A DNA stretch of 64,000 nucleotides from an uncultured bacterium (lineage in GTDB: Bacteria; Zhuqueibacterota; QNDG01; DTFT01), in NCBI GenBank assembly GCA_963736115.1, contig CAVTNR010000001.1, forward strand, positions 65,479 to 129,478, written 5' to 3'. The notes under the pieces were generated by a model. The model did no database searches, was not told the origin of the DNA, and saw only the letters and a program-made list of their open reading frames with translations. Numbering within the stretch: position 1 is the first letter of the stretch; each line of letters begins with the position of its first letter. This document shows, one piece after another, positions 29,844-39,602 of the stretch. The translations under genes and the position numbers were made by a program.

Positions 29844-31499
29844 ATGGAATACCAGGCCCTGCGATTCGAAGACCCGGACCGTCCGACATGCTGTACCCTC
29901 AGCGCGGAGACCGCCGAAGACATCCTTGAAATCAGGAAGGGTCGTCTTCCCGTTGTTTATCTGCTCGCGGACGACGCCATCGACCGCTTCACCGGATACC
30001 CCGCCCTGATCCGCGACCGCGGAACCAAGCACAAGAAAAAATCCCTGTCCGACCTGCTTCTCGGTTACGACCGAATCTGCATGATCCGGGGCTCCTATGA
30101 AGGAATCCGCCAGCTGATCCGGAGCTGTAACGATCTCCTGAAGAACGCCCGGGTTCAGGCGGATCAGAACGCGTTCCTCATTTTCATTCCCGACGGTCCC
30201 TTCATCCGTCTGTGGAATCGAACCAGCGGGAGCGGAACGCGCGCAAGGGACACGGGCAGATCCCTCGATCCCGGGACCCGGTCCGAGCTTCCCGGGATGC
30301 TTCCGATCCAGGAGGTTCCCCCGGAACTAAACGAAAGCTATCTGGGCCATTCGGAAGATGTTCGGCTGGTCCGGCAGTTGATCCTCGTCGCGGCCCGCTG
30401 TGAGAATCCGATTCTGATCCTGGGCGAATCCGGAACGGGCAAAGAGATCGCGGCCCGGAGCATACACCAGTTGAGCCTCCGGCGTAATCTCCGGTTTGAG
30501 GCGGTCAACTGCGGCGCACTTCCCACAAACCTGCTCGAATCCATTCTGTTTGGACACAAGAAGGGCGCATTCACCGATGCCAAACGGGACAAAAAGGGTT
30601 CCTGGGAACTGGCGGGAAAGGGGACGCTTTTTCTGGATGAGATCGGCGACCTGTCGCTGGAGAATCAGGTTAAAATTCTGCGCGTTCTCTCCTCCGGCCG
30701 GATTCGCCCGCTCGGCGCTGACGAGGATGTCGCCGTCCATGCGCATGTCATTGCCGCGACGAACCGGGATTTGTTTTCGATGGTACAGGCAGGACAGTTC
30801 CGGGAGGACCTGTATTACCGGCTGCGGTCTTTCCTGATTTTCACTCCTGCCCTGAGAAACCACCCCGACGACATTCCGCTGATGGCGCAAAGTTTTTGGA
30901 AGAAAATCACACGAGACGATTCGGCCCGCCTTCCGGCCTCCGTGCTGACCGAGATGAAGGCATACCCCTGGTACGGGAACGGCCGGGAGATGAAGAACCT
31001 GCTCTCACTGCTGTACGGTCTTTTCGGAAGGGTTCCGCTAGGCGTGGAACATTTCAGGGCGGTTTACCGGTATCAGCGGAATGACGCGCGTCCACGGAAG
31101 GGCGCTCCGGACGGGAATGATCTCTCGATGCACCGGGCCGAGTGCCTCCAGCACCTGAAACGGACGGATGAGGTCCTGCGGGAGGTGCAGATGGCCGTTC
31201 AGCCGCATCTCAAGAAAACGAGCCGGACTCCGGCCGACACGCGGACGACCGTTGCCCTGATCGAAAACCGGATTTACGAGCTCGAGACCCTGTGTCTCCA
31301 TCCCGTTCTTTTCGTCCATCCGGAGCTGTATCAGCGGATCCGCGATTTAAGCGCGGAACTGGTCGGTCTGGTCCGGCATTTGAGAAAATCGAGCGGTGCG
31401 GTGAAGGCATACTGGGCCAAACATCTGGATGGCCCTTGTCAGGAAACCCAGCGAATGGTCTTCCGGGAAGTCGGGAAGCTCATGCGGACTCGGAAATAA
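29844..31499 (+). CDS. Sigma54-dependent transcriptional activator (bEBP AAA domain)
   Basis: Motifs ILGESGTGKE, VNCGAL, ESILFGHKKGAFTDA, LFLDEIGDL, AATNRDL and FREDLYYRL. ATG at 29844 after GGGAGG. Confidence 0.92.
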   Translation: MEYQALRFEDPDRPTCCTLSAETAEDILEIRKGRLPVVYLLADDAIDRFTGYPALIRDRGTKHKKKSLSDLLLGYDRICMIRGSYEGIRQLIRSCNDLLKNARVQADQNAFLIFIPDGPFIRLWNRTSGSGTRARDTGRSLDPGTRSELPGMLPIQEVPPELNESYLGHSEDVRLVRQLILVAARCENPILILGESGTGKEIAARSIHQLSLRRNLRFEAVNCGALPTNLLESILFGHKKGAFTDAKRDKKGSWELAGKGTLFLDEIGDLSLENQVKILRVLSSGRIRPLGADEDVAVHAHVIAATNRDLFSMVQAGQFREDLYYRLRSFLIFTPALRNHPDDIPLMAQSFWKKITRDDSARLPASVLTEMKAYPWYGNGREMKNLLSLLYGLFGRVPLGVEHFRAVYRYQRNDARPRKGAPDGNDLSMHRAECLQHLKRTDEVLREVQMAVQPHLKKTSRTPADTRTTVALIENRIYELETLCLHPVLFVHPELYQRIRDLSAELVGLVRHLRKSSGAVKAYWAKHLDGPCQETQRMVFREVGKLMRTRK

Positions 31500-31523
31500 G
31501 CGGAAGAAAGGACTGGCCCATCC

Positions 31524-31964
31524 ATGAATTCGATACGACCGTTCTCGCTCTCCATTAAAGGCCTTATTTTCAACGCCGATGGGCGCTGCCTGATTCTGAA
31601 ACGATCGACGCTGAACAGAAATTACCCGGAGAAGTGGGAGCTTCCGGGCGGGAAACTGAATCCCGGTGAGTCGTTCGCTGACGCGTTGTGCCGGGAGGTT
31701 TCGGAGGAAACCGGCCTGCATATCGAGATCGACCATCTGGCGGGCGCGGTGGAATCGGAGCTCCCCGATTGGAGAATCGTGCATCTGGTCATGACCGCCC
31801 ACACGATACCGGGTGAAATCCGGCTGAGTTCGGAACACACGGATTACGCCTGGGTGGCGATAGACGATTTGGCGGAGTTGGATATGCCGGAACACTTCCT
31901 CCGGTTCATCCATGAGTACCGTAGAAAGGAGGGACTCCATGCCGGTGCGTCGCGGCCTCGTTAA
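31524..31964 (+). CDS. Nudix hydrolase
   Basis: Nudix box GGKLNPGESFADALCREVSEETGL. Confidence 0.92.
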   Translation: MNSIRPFSLSIKGLIFNADGRCLILKRSTLNRNYPEKWELPGGKLNPGESFADALCREVSEETGLHIEIDHLAGAVESELPDWRIVHLVMTAHTIPGEIRLSSEHTDYAWVAIDDLAELDMPEHFLRFIHEYRRKEGLHAGASRPR

Positions 31965-34446
31965 ACAGCAGATCGGAAAATACAGCCAGGAGTACAGGCA
32001 TTACGAAGTGTATTCACAGGTTCTAAGGAAAATACTGGAAGCGGCATGCCGGCAGGCCGCTCCGCTGGCCATCGTGCAAACCCGCGCGAAAACCGTCTCG
32101 AGCTTCGCGGAGAAAATTATCCGCAAGCCGACCGCGGACCCGGTCCATGATTTTACGGATCTTTGCGGGGCCCGGGTGATCACGAACACCAAAACTGAAG
32201 TCGATCGGTTGTGCGGGTTCATCCGTGCGAATTTCAATATCGATGAGCAGAACAGCCAGGATACTTTCGAACGGCTGAAAACGGCGGAATTCGGTTATCT
32301 GTCCGTCCATTACATCGTGCAGATCGACAGGAAGGAGATTCTCGGCATCCCCATTCCGGAATCGATCGGCGCGAGAAAGGCGGAAATTCAGGTCCGGACC
32401 CTGCTTCAGCATGCCTGGGCGAATATGAGCCATGACCTGATCTACAAGAACCGTTTCGAAGTACCCAGGCGATGGACCCGAAGCCTGGCGCGCACTTCGG
32501 CCCTGCTGGAACAGGCCGACGGTGTATTCGACGAGGTGCTCGGGGAACTCGATGCATACCGGCTCCATTACGGCATCTTGTCCGAACATTCCAAGAGGGA
32601 CGAGGAACTGAAGAATCTCGAATTGATTCTCGAGAATGAACCGGTCGAATCGCACAAGCCCGCAATCGCGCTCCGGATCGCCCGGCTGCACAAGACCGGC
32701 TGGAACTGGGAGGGGATCATTGACCGGCTGGGACCGTTCTCCGCCCGGAAATGCGGCGAGAGGCCGGAGATTCTCATGGAGTACGGCTATGCCATTTGCA
32801 GGAAAAACAAGGACAATCCCGGCGGCAGGGTTTATCTGAAAGGCCAGAAGCTTCTCGCGGAAGCGGCGGAATCGGGTGCGGGTGAGAATCACAGCGATGC
32901 GATATGCCATTACGCATGGTCTTATGAGAACATCAAGGGTCGCGAGCAGAAGGCCCGGAAACTGTACCGGCAGGCCCTCGACGCGGATCCGAAAGATCCC
33001 TATGCGCTCGCTTCCTTTCTGGAGTTTGAATTATTCTGCAGCCGTGACGACCGGTTCATACCGTACATGAAACCGACTTTGCTGCAGGCCGTCGAAACCT
33101 GCCGGGCCCACGTCAGGGCCGGGATGGAACTCCCGTGGGCCTTTTTCACCATGGGTAAAATGCATCTGCTCCTGGGCCAGCCGTATGAAAGTCTCGCGGC
33201 GGTCGCGACCGCCATACACGTCTGCCTGGGAACCGCGACCTGCGTGCCGCGGGACGTTTTTCAGGAGCAGCGGAATTTCCTGCGGCGCATCAATACCGGA
33301 AGGGAGTGGCCGCCCGCGCATCGGTGGGTCGATAAGACGCTGATGCTTGCGGAAGCCATTCGATCGCCGGACGGCCGTGCCCTGCGCCAGTTGAAGGAAA
33401 TGCGGAGGAGGCAAAAATCCTTTGCCGGACCGGTCGTTATCGTGGCGGGCGGCGCGGATTCATCCGTCCAGGGGAAAATGGCGGAATACCGTCTGCCGTT
33501 GATGCAATCCTTCGACGGTTTTTCCGGCACGGTCGTTTCCGGGGGCACCCGGGCCGGGATTCCGGGACTGGTCGGAGAAATGGCGCGAAAAGTTTCAGGT
33601 CGGAAAAGCGGAGGGCTGTTTGCATTGGCCTATCTTCCCGGTAAAATGCCGACCGGTGTCCAGATCGATCCGCGTTATCATGAAACCGTCATTCTGGAAG
33701 GAGACGATTTCACCCCGGACCAGCCTATTCAGAACTGGATCGACATGATCGCGTCGGGCATCAAACCTTCCGAAGTGAGGGTGCTGGGCATTAACGGGGG
33801 AAGGATTGCCGCTTTCGAGTACCGCCTGGCCCTCGCGCTCGGCGCCCGCGTGGGAATCGTACAGTCCAGCGGAAGAGCCGAATTGGATTTGCTGAAGGAA
33901 GCCAGATCTACCGCGATAAAAAATCTGGTGTGGCTTCCCGCGGACGCCATGACCCTTCGGGCGTTCGTCAATCCGGGCCTGACAGTGATGTCGCCCGGCC
34001 ATCTGGAAAGCGCGGGCAAAGCCATTCATACCGCTTTTTTGGTTGAGAACCGGCATCGAATCGTCGATCGGGCCATGCTCCCGTGGGAGGAATTGCCCGA
34101 GGACCTGAAGGAGTCCAATCGGAGCCAGGCGGCCTATTCCGTTCAAATTCTCAAGGCGGTCGGTTATGGTGTCCGAAAAGCCGCTTCGTCCCGCGTCTCC
34201 ATTCGGTTCACACGCAGTGAAATTGAAACCATGGCCGAGATGGAGCACGGCCGCTGGGTTGTTGAAAGGCTGGGAAGCGGGTGGAAATATGGTGAAAAAA
34301 GGGACCCGGTGAACCGAATTAGTCCCCACCTGGTGCCGTGGAAAGAACTCGCGGACAAGTTCAAGGGATATGACCGCATCGCCGTGTGCAAATGGCCGGC
34401 TCTGCTGAAGGATGCGGGATTGGAGATTTATCGACAGAAACGATAA
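31939..34446 (+). CDS. RelA/SpoT-type nucleotidyltransferase (alarmone synthetase) + TPR + SLOG + RyR repeats
   Basis: Synthetase motifs RAKTVSSFAEK, DLCGARVI, GYLSVHY and EIQVRTLLQHAWANMSHDLIYK, then TPR helices. SLOG-like VIVAGGA/VVSGGTRAGIPG/NGGRIAAFE. RyR motif AEMEHGRWVVERLGSGWKYGEKRD..SPHLVPW. AAGGAGG RBS before ATG 31939. Confidence 0.88.
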   Translation: MPVRRGLVKQQIGKYSQEYRHYEVYSQVLRKILEAACRQAAPLAIVQTRAKTVSSFAEKIIRKPTADPVHDFTDLCGARVITNTKTEVDRLCGFIRANFNIDEQNSQDTFERLKTAEFGYLSVHYIVQIDRKEILGIPIPESIGARKAEIQVRTLLQHAWANMSHDLIYKNRFEVPRRWTRSLARTSALLEQADGVFDEVLGELDAYRLHYGILSEHSKRDEELKNLELILENEPVESHKPAIALRIARLHKTGWNWEGIIDRLGPFSARKCGERPEILMEYGYAICRKNKDNPGGRVYLKGQKLLAEAAESGAGENHSDAICHYAWSYENIKGREQKARKLYRQALDADPKDPYALASFLEFELFCSRDDRFIPYMKPTLLQAVETCRAHVRAGMELPWAFFTMGKMHLLLGQPYESLAAVATAIHVCLGTATCVPRDVFQEQRNFLRRINTGREWPPAHRWVDKTLMLAEAIRSPDGRALRQLKEMRRRQKSFAGPVVIVAGGADSSVQGKMAEYRLPLMQSFDGFSGTVVSGGTRAGIPGLVGEMARKVSGRKSGGLFALAYLPGKMPTGVQIDPRYHETVILEGDDFTPDQPIQNWIDMIASGIKPSEVRVLGINGGRIAAFEYRLALALGARVGIVQSSGRAELDLLKEARSTAIKNLVWLPADAMTLRAFVNPGLTVMSPGHLESAGKAIHTAFLVENRHRIVDRAMLPWEELPEDLKESNRSQAAYSVQILKAVGYGVRKAASSRVSIRFTRSEIETMAEMEHGRWVVERLGSGWKYGEKRDPVNRISPHLVPWKELADKFKGYDRIAVCKWPALLKDAGLEIYRQKR

Positions 34447-34705
34447 ATCCTAAGATTTTCATTAGCTTGATCCCGCATAATAGGCAGCGGGGAGCTTCAA
34501 TCTGAGTCGCTTTTGCGTAAACTGTGATCACTGCAGGCTTGCCGAGAGATATCCTAATAGGTGACTTTGTTTATCCTTTCACCGGTACGGCCCGCAGGAG
34601 ACGGTCAACCATCAATAACATGGTTCTTGCTTTTTTTTGTCCCCTCGATACATATATCCATTGGACTTTAAGGTTTTTTTTATATGGCTGAAGTCGCTCT
34701 GCCCC

Positions 34706-34734
34706 TTGCGATCCTCAATAAATTATAGTATATT
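34706..34734 (+). promoter_or_regulatory. Putative sigma70 promoter of the PKD cluster
   Basis: TTGCGA-N17-TATATT, 54 nt upstream of ATG 34788. Confidence 0.5.
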
Positions 34735-34787
34735 TTATGGATAGCTTCGGAAAACTCTTCCTTCCGTCCAGAATTCGGGAGGTTCCC

Positions 34788-37700
34788 ATGTTGAGCCGCA
34801 TCCAGTCCCTGTCACAGCGTACGCTCCCGATTCTCCTGCTTCTGATCCCCCTATTGTCCGATCCGTCCCTGCGGGCCGCGGAACGCCGGACGAATGTGAA
34901 TTTTCTGGTGACAGCCGGCCGGGACGCGTCGATCTCTTCCGGGGACAGCCTGTTCCGCTCCGTTTTCTTCATCCGGTGTCCTATCGGTTTCAAATCCCCT
35001 GTTTACGTCCGGATTTTCGACGCGGACGCTGGCGGCCGTTTCGACCAGCCGGCTTCCGGGGACCGCGCCCGTTACCGGGTTTTCGGTAAAGGCGCCATCC
35101 GGCATTCCATCCGCTCGGTCCGCGACGCGCTCCCGGACGCAAAACCGCTGGCCGATCTCGAGATCGGGGAGGATGTGCTGTACGACGGCCAGTGGCGGAC
35201 CCTGGCGGTTCTGGTTCCGGCGGACGGGCAGGAAGCGGATTCGATCCGCGAATTTCAGCTTGTCGTAGACGGCGCGGCCGGAACCGGGGTCAACCGTTAC
35301 CGGCTTTTTGTCTCATCCGAAGACAGCCGCAACACGCCGGTCGAAGGGCTCGTGATTTCGAGCCCGGTCGCAACCGTCCTGCTGCCGGCTTCCAATATCC
35401 TGGTCACCCGCATTCCATTCCGCATCCCTTCAGCGGTTTCAGGCCTCAGGATCACGGTTTTCGACGCCGAGAGCATGGGCGAGTGCTATGTGCAGACTGA
35501 AAAACGCATGAAGATACAGGTTCCGGTTTCAGGCAATATGGAATCACGATCCACGCATGTGGACCTCCTGCCGGAGGAGAGGGGCGGAAAGGCCGGACTG
35601 ATGTTCGCGGGATCCCACTCCAGGCAGGACCATGTTCAGTGCCGGATCGAGGACGACTCCGGCGCCACGGTCGATTTTCTCATGCCAGCGTTTTCTTCCA
35701 CGGACAACAGCCTGCCCTCGCCTGCCATCGATCTTCAGCCGCTATCGGATTGTGTGTCCATCGTGCTCGACGCGTCTCGTTCGACCGATCCGGACGGGGA
35801 CCAGCTGTTTTTCGAATGGAAATCCGGAGGGGCGTGTATCGGCGCGGGACCGCGCATCGTTCACCGTTTTCCCGGGCCGGGCCTGTACAAGGTCGAAATG
35901 ACAGTGCGCGACAATTCTGGATACATCGCGGACCGGCGGACATTGGAACGGGCCGTGCGGATCAACGAGCCCCCGGTTTCCCTGCCTGCCGCGCCTTCGG
36001 GAGGAGCGCCGGGAGAAGCCCTGGTTTTCGATGGCAGCGGCTCGTCCGACGCGGACGGAAGGATCACGGCCTGGCGCTGGGATTTCGGAGACGGGGCCGG
36101 CGCATCGGGCGCGGTCACCCGGCACACGTACGCGGTTCCCGGCCATTACCGCGTCACTTTAACCGTGGAGGACGACAGCCGGTCGTTCTGCGCGTCGGAC
36201 GGCCAATCCGTTTCAGTGCGCATCAATTCGCCGCCGATGGCCCGTATGCGGGCGCAGTCCAGAGCCGCGGTCGGGGAGGAAGTGCAGGCGGACGGCGGCG
36301 GGTCGAAGGACGCGGACGGAACCCTTGTCCGGTACGCATGGGATTTCGGAGACGGCGCGACAGCCGAAGGCGTGACAGCCGGCCACAAGTACGCAGCGCC
36401 TGGCCTTTACCGCATCCGCTTGGCCGTGACGGATGACGCGGAACGGATCAACAGCTCGCAAACCGATTCCGCTCTGGTACGGATCAATGCGCCTCCCGAA
36501 GCGAGGGGACAGGCTCCGGCCGTTGTCGCGGCGGGTCAGGAAGTTGTGTTCGATGGTTCCGCATCGCGCGATCCGGACGGCCGCATTGTCGCAACAGAGT
36601 GGATTTTAGGCGACGGATCCGCGGACGCGTCCGGGCCGATTGTCCGGCACGCGTATGAAAAGCCGGGCACCTACGAGGTGATTCTGCGGGTCCGGGATGA
36701 TTCCGGAGTGTCCAGCGACACGGACACGCTCCGGCTCTCCGTCCGGGTGAACGCGCCGCCTGTTCCGAATGCGGGAGGCGACCGGGTGCTCAATGAAAGC
36801 GTCGCGCTGTTTGACGCGTCCGGATCCGCGGATCCGGACGATCCCATCATTTCTTACCGTTGGGATTTCGGGGACGGAAAGTCCGCTGAGGGCCTGCGTG
36901 TGCGCCATGCTTACAACCTGCCCGGCACTTATGAGGTCAGCCTCACGGTCACGGACGCTTCCGGCACGTCTTCCGCTTCGCGGACCGGCCGCATCCGGGT
37001 CACGGTGAACCATCCTCCAATCGCGGACGCGGGCCCGGCCCGCACCGTAGCCCCGGGGGAGCCGGTGCTTCTGGACGGTGGATTCTCGAGCGATCCGGAC
37101 GGCCGCATCGAATCCTTCCGCTGGGAGATCGAACCCGGTATTTTCCGGGAGGGCCGGCGGGTGGAGATCGCATACGACAAACCCGGACTGCGCCAGCCCC
37201 TCCTGTTCGTCCGGGATGACGCGGGCGCTGAGGATGTTTTCGCGACCGAGATCCGTGTCAACGCGCCGCCGGTTGCGGCCGCGGCGCCGGTACCGTCCGC
37301 GGCGCCCGGCGACACCGTGGTCTTCGACGGAAGGGGCTCCCGCGATCCGGACGGCCGCATCGCCGAGGCTGTGTGGGACTTCGGGGACGGAACGCCGCCC
37401 GTCAACGGACTGCGGTGCGCCCATGTGTACGCGGCACCCGGCGTCTACTCCGCGGTCCTGAGAATCCGGGACGACAGCGGCGCAGGCAACGGGTTGGCCT
37501 CGGTGGTGTGCACGGCGGCAATCAACCACGCGCCGGAACCGGACGCGGGCGGCGACCGCAGCCAGTGCGGTTTGATGGTGGATTTCGACGGATCCGCCAG
37601 CCGGGACGCGGACGGAGACGCCCTGTCCCTGAGATGGGATTTCGGGGACAGCACCTCGGCCTATGGCAGGCGCGTCCGCCACCGTTACCCGAAACCGGGG

Positions 37701-39602
37701 CTGTACCCGGTGAGGCTCATCGCGGACGACGGAACCGGACTGGCGAACGGCCGGAGCGAGACCTTCATCAAGGTTCACCTGCATTCCGCGCCCGTAGCCA
37801 TTCTGGACGCTCCCGTCCAGGTATGCGCAGGGGAAAATGTTCTTTTCGACGCAAGCCGGTCCTTCGACGAGGATCGGGATCTGCTTTTATTTGAATGGGA
37901 TTTCGGAGACGGAGCGAAGGGAGCGGGGGCGACAGCCGAGCACACCTTCCGCGCTGGCGGGCTGGTTCGGGTTCTTCTGACCGTGCGGGATAACAGCGGA
38001 CTGCCGTGCAATGAATCGGCGGCTACGGCCGTGATACGCGTGACCGACGCGCCCGTGGCGCAGGCCGGACCGGATCAGACCGTATGCGCAAATCAATCCG
38101 TTGTGTTCGACGGAACCGGGTCCGGGGGCGGCAAACGGCCTATTCAGGGATACGAATGGGATTTCGGGGACGGCGGCCAGGGCGGGGGCGTCCATCCCGT
38201 GCATGCTTACACGCGGCCGGGACTGTACACCGTGCGGCTCCGGATCACAGTGCCGGCAGAGGGGAATTGCGAAAATTTTTCGGAGGACGAGATGACGGTG
38301 CGGGTCCTGCCCTCTCCGGTCGCATCCTTCGAGGCGGATCCGGTCGTCTGTCCGGGAGCGGATGTGGTGTTCGATGCCGGCGAACCGGATGGGGAACCGG
38401 CTCCGGCAGGGCGTTATGAATGGGACTTCGGGGACGGTGTCACGGGTTCGGGACCCCGGATGACGCACCGGTTCGGAAAACCGGGGACCTTCACGGTCCG
38501 TCTGACCGTGACCACGGACGGTGAGGAGGGCTGCCGGACCGCATCGGCTGAACGGACGGTATTCGTGAACGAAAGACCCGAGGCCGGAATCGAAACCGGG
38601 CATGTGGAACGGCCCGGCCCGGGCGAAGCCATCCGGTTCATGGCTTTTCAGAGCCGGGACGGAGACGGGGTCATTCGCTCCTATACATGGGATTTCGGAG
38701 ACGGGGAAAAGGCCGAAGGTGTCGAGGCCGTGCACCGATACCGGAAGCCGGGCGCATTCCTGGCTGTTCTGCGGGTGGAGGATGACAGCGGCACGGATTG
38801 CGGAGTCGATACCGTTTCCGTCCGGATGCTCATTGAAAAACCCGCGGACCCGTGGGCGCCCGTAGGACCGGCTGCGCTGGCCGTCGGGGAGCCTGGTGTT
38901 TTTTCCGTCCCGGAGAACGGTCCGTCCGGAGAAACGGTCTGGACGTTTGGGGACGGGGACACGCTGACCGGCCCGCGGGTTTCCAAGTCTTTCCGCGCAC
39001 CGGGAACCTGGCAGGTTCAGGCGGGCGGTTCCGGATCCTGGAGCAGGTCCGTCGAGGTCCGGGTCATGGCTGCGCCTGAAGTGACCGCGCCGGAGCGCAT
39101 GGATGCCGACGTCCTCGTTCCGACCGAGTTCCGCGCGTCCGTTTCAGAACGGGACCTCGTTTTCCCAGCCGTGGTCTGGAATTTCGGGGACGGCCGCATG
39201 CTGGAATCCAATCCGGCCGTTCATACCTATGAGAAACCCGGATCCTACGAGGCCTCCGTAACCGTGAGGGATGCCCGCAATCCGGCTGTTCCGGCCGCGG
39301 TCCGGCCGGTGGCCGTGACCGTGCACCCGCCGCCGGAGGCCCGCATCGAAGTCAGCCCTGACACCCTGTACGCCGGCGGCGGCAGGGACGAGGTTCTGTT
39401 TCTGGCCGTGCCCCTTCATCCGGATGTCCCGATCGCGGCGCAATGGGAATTCGGAGACGGCCGGTCCGGCCGGGGCAGCCGCGTCCTGCATGCCTACGCC
39501 CGTCCGGGCGCGTATACGGTCCGGCTCACGATATGGAATACCCACCGTCCGTCGTCCAGACCGGTGTCTGTCGAGAAACAGATTCGGATATGGCCGCGAT
39601 GA
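34788..39602 (+). CDS. Large secreted PKD-repeat protein
   Basis: N-terminal signal peptide and about 14-15 PKD repeats (FDGSxSxDPDG..WDFGDG..HxYxxPGxYxVxLxVxD). GGGAGG RBS. Confidence 0.92.
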   Translation: MLSRIQSLSQRTLPILLLLIPLLSDPSLRAAERRTNVNFLVTAGRDASISSGDSLFRSVFFIRCPIGFKSPVYVRIFDADAGGRFDQPASGDRARYRVFGKGAIRHSIRSVRDALPDAKPLADLEIGEDVLYDGQWRTLAVLVPADGQEADSIREFQLVVDGAAGTGVNRYRLFVSSEDSRNTPVEGLVISSPVATVLLPASNILVTRIPFRIPSAVSGLRITVFDAESMGECYVQTEKRMKIQVPVSGNMESRSTHVDLLPEERGGKAGLMFAGSHSRQDHVQCRIEDDSGATVDFLMPAFSSTDNSLPSPAIDLQPLSDCVSIVLDASRSTDPDGDQLFFEWKSGGACIGAGPRIVHRFPGPGLYKVEMTVRDNSGYIADRRTLERAVRINEPPVSLPAAPSGGAPGEALVFDGSGSSDADGRITAWRWDFGDGAGASGAVTRHTYAVPGHYRVTLTVEDDSRSFCASDGQSVSVRINSPPMARMRAQSRAAVGEEVQADGGGSKDADGTLVRYAWDFGDGATAEGVTAGHKYAAPGLYRIRLAVTDDAERINSSQTDSALVRINAPPEARGQAPAVVAAGQEVVFDGSASRDPDGRIVATEWILGDGSADASGPIVRHAYEKPGTYEVILRVRDDSGVSSDTDTLRLSVRVNAPPVPNAGGDRVLNESVALFDASGSADPDDPIISYRWDFGDGKSAEGLRVRHAYNLPGTYEVSLTVTDASGTSSASRTGRIRVTVNHPPIADAGPARTVAPGEPVLLDGGFSSDPDGRIESFRWEIEPGIFREGRRVEIAYDKPGLRQPLLFVRDDAGAEDVFATEIRVNAPPVAAAAPVPSAAPGDTVVFDGRGSRDPDGRIAEAVWDFGDGTPPVNGLRCAHVYAAPGVYSAVLRIRDDSGAGNGLASVVCTAAINHAPEPDAGGDRSQCGLMVDFDGSASRDADGDALSLRWDFGDSTSAYGRRVRHRYPKPGLYPVRLIADDGTGLANGRSETFIKVHLHSAPVAILDAPVQVCAGENVLFDASRSFDEDRDLLLFEWDFGDGAKGAGATAEHTFRAGGLVRVLLTVRDNSGLPCNESAATAVIRVTDAPVAQAGPDQTVCANQSVVFDGTGSGGGKRPIQGYEWDFGDGGQGGGVHPVHAYTRPGLYTVRLRITVPAEGNCENFSEDEMTVRVLPSPVASFEADPVVCPGADVVFDAGEPDGEPAPAGRYEWDFGDGVTGSGPRMTHRFGKPGTFTVRLTVTTDGEEGCRTASAERTVFVNERPEAGIETGHVERPGPGEAIRFMAFQSRDGDGVIRSYTWDFGDGEKAEGVEAVHRYRKPGAFLAVLRVEDDSGTDCGVDTVSVRMLIEKPADPWAPVGPAALAVGEPGVFSVPENGPSGETVWTFGDGDTLTGPRVSKSFRAPGTWQVQAGGSGSWSRSVEVRVMAAPEVTAPERMDADVLVPTEFRASVSERDLVFPAVVWNFGDGRMLESNPAVHTYEKPGSYEASVTVRDARNPAVPAAVRPVAVTVHPPPEARIEVSPDTLYAGGGRDEVLFLAVPLHPDVPIAAQWEFGDGRSGRGSRVLHAYARPGAYTVRLTIWNTHRPSSRPVSVEKQIRIWPR

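Larger units (their letters stand above)
1415..34446. other. Accessory locus: putative chaperone-based conflict/defence island bracketed by RyR-domain genes
   Basis: Contiguous non-housekeeping genes (2 Hsp70, GrpE-like, J-like, TPRs, TIR, M48, AAA/vWA, RelA/SpoT, Nudix). AT-rich intergenic flanks at ~1100-1300 and ~34450-34740. No integrase or att site seen. Confidence 0.65.

Noticed and set aside
1078-34740. Calling the island a prophage, ICE or transposon
   Set aside because: No integrase, transposase, tRNA target or flanking direct repeats were found by eye.
35700-39560. Recurring TGGGATTTCGGGGACGG-like DNA repeats resembling an array
   Set aside because: They encode the WDFGDG motif of PKD domains within a CDS and are not CRISPR repeats.
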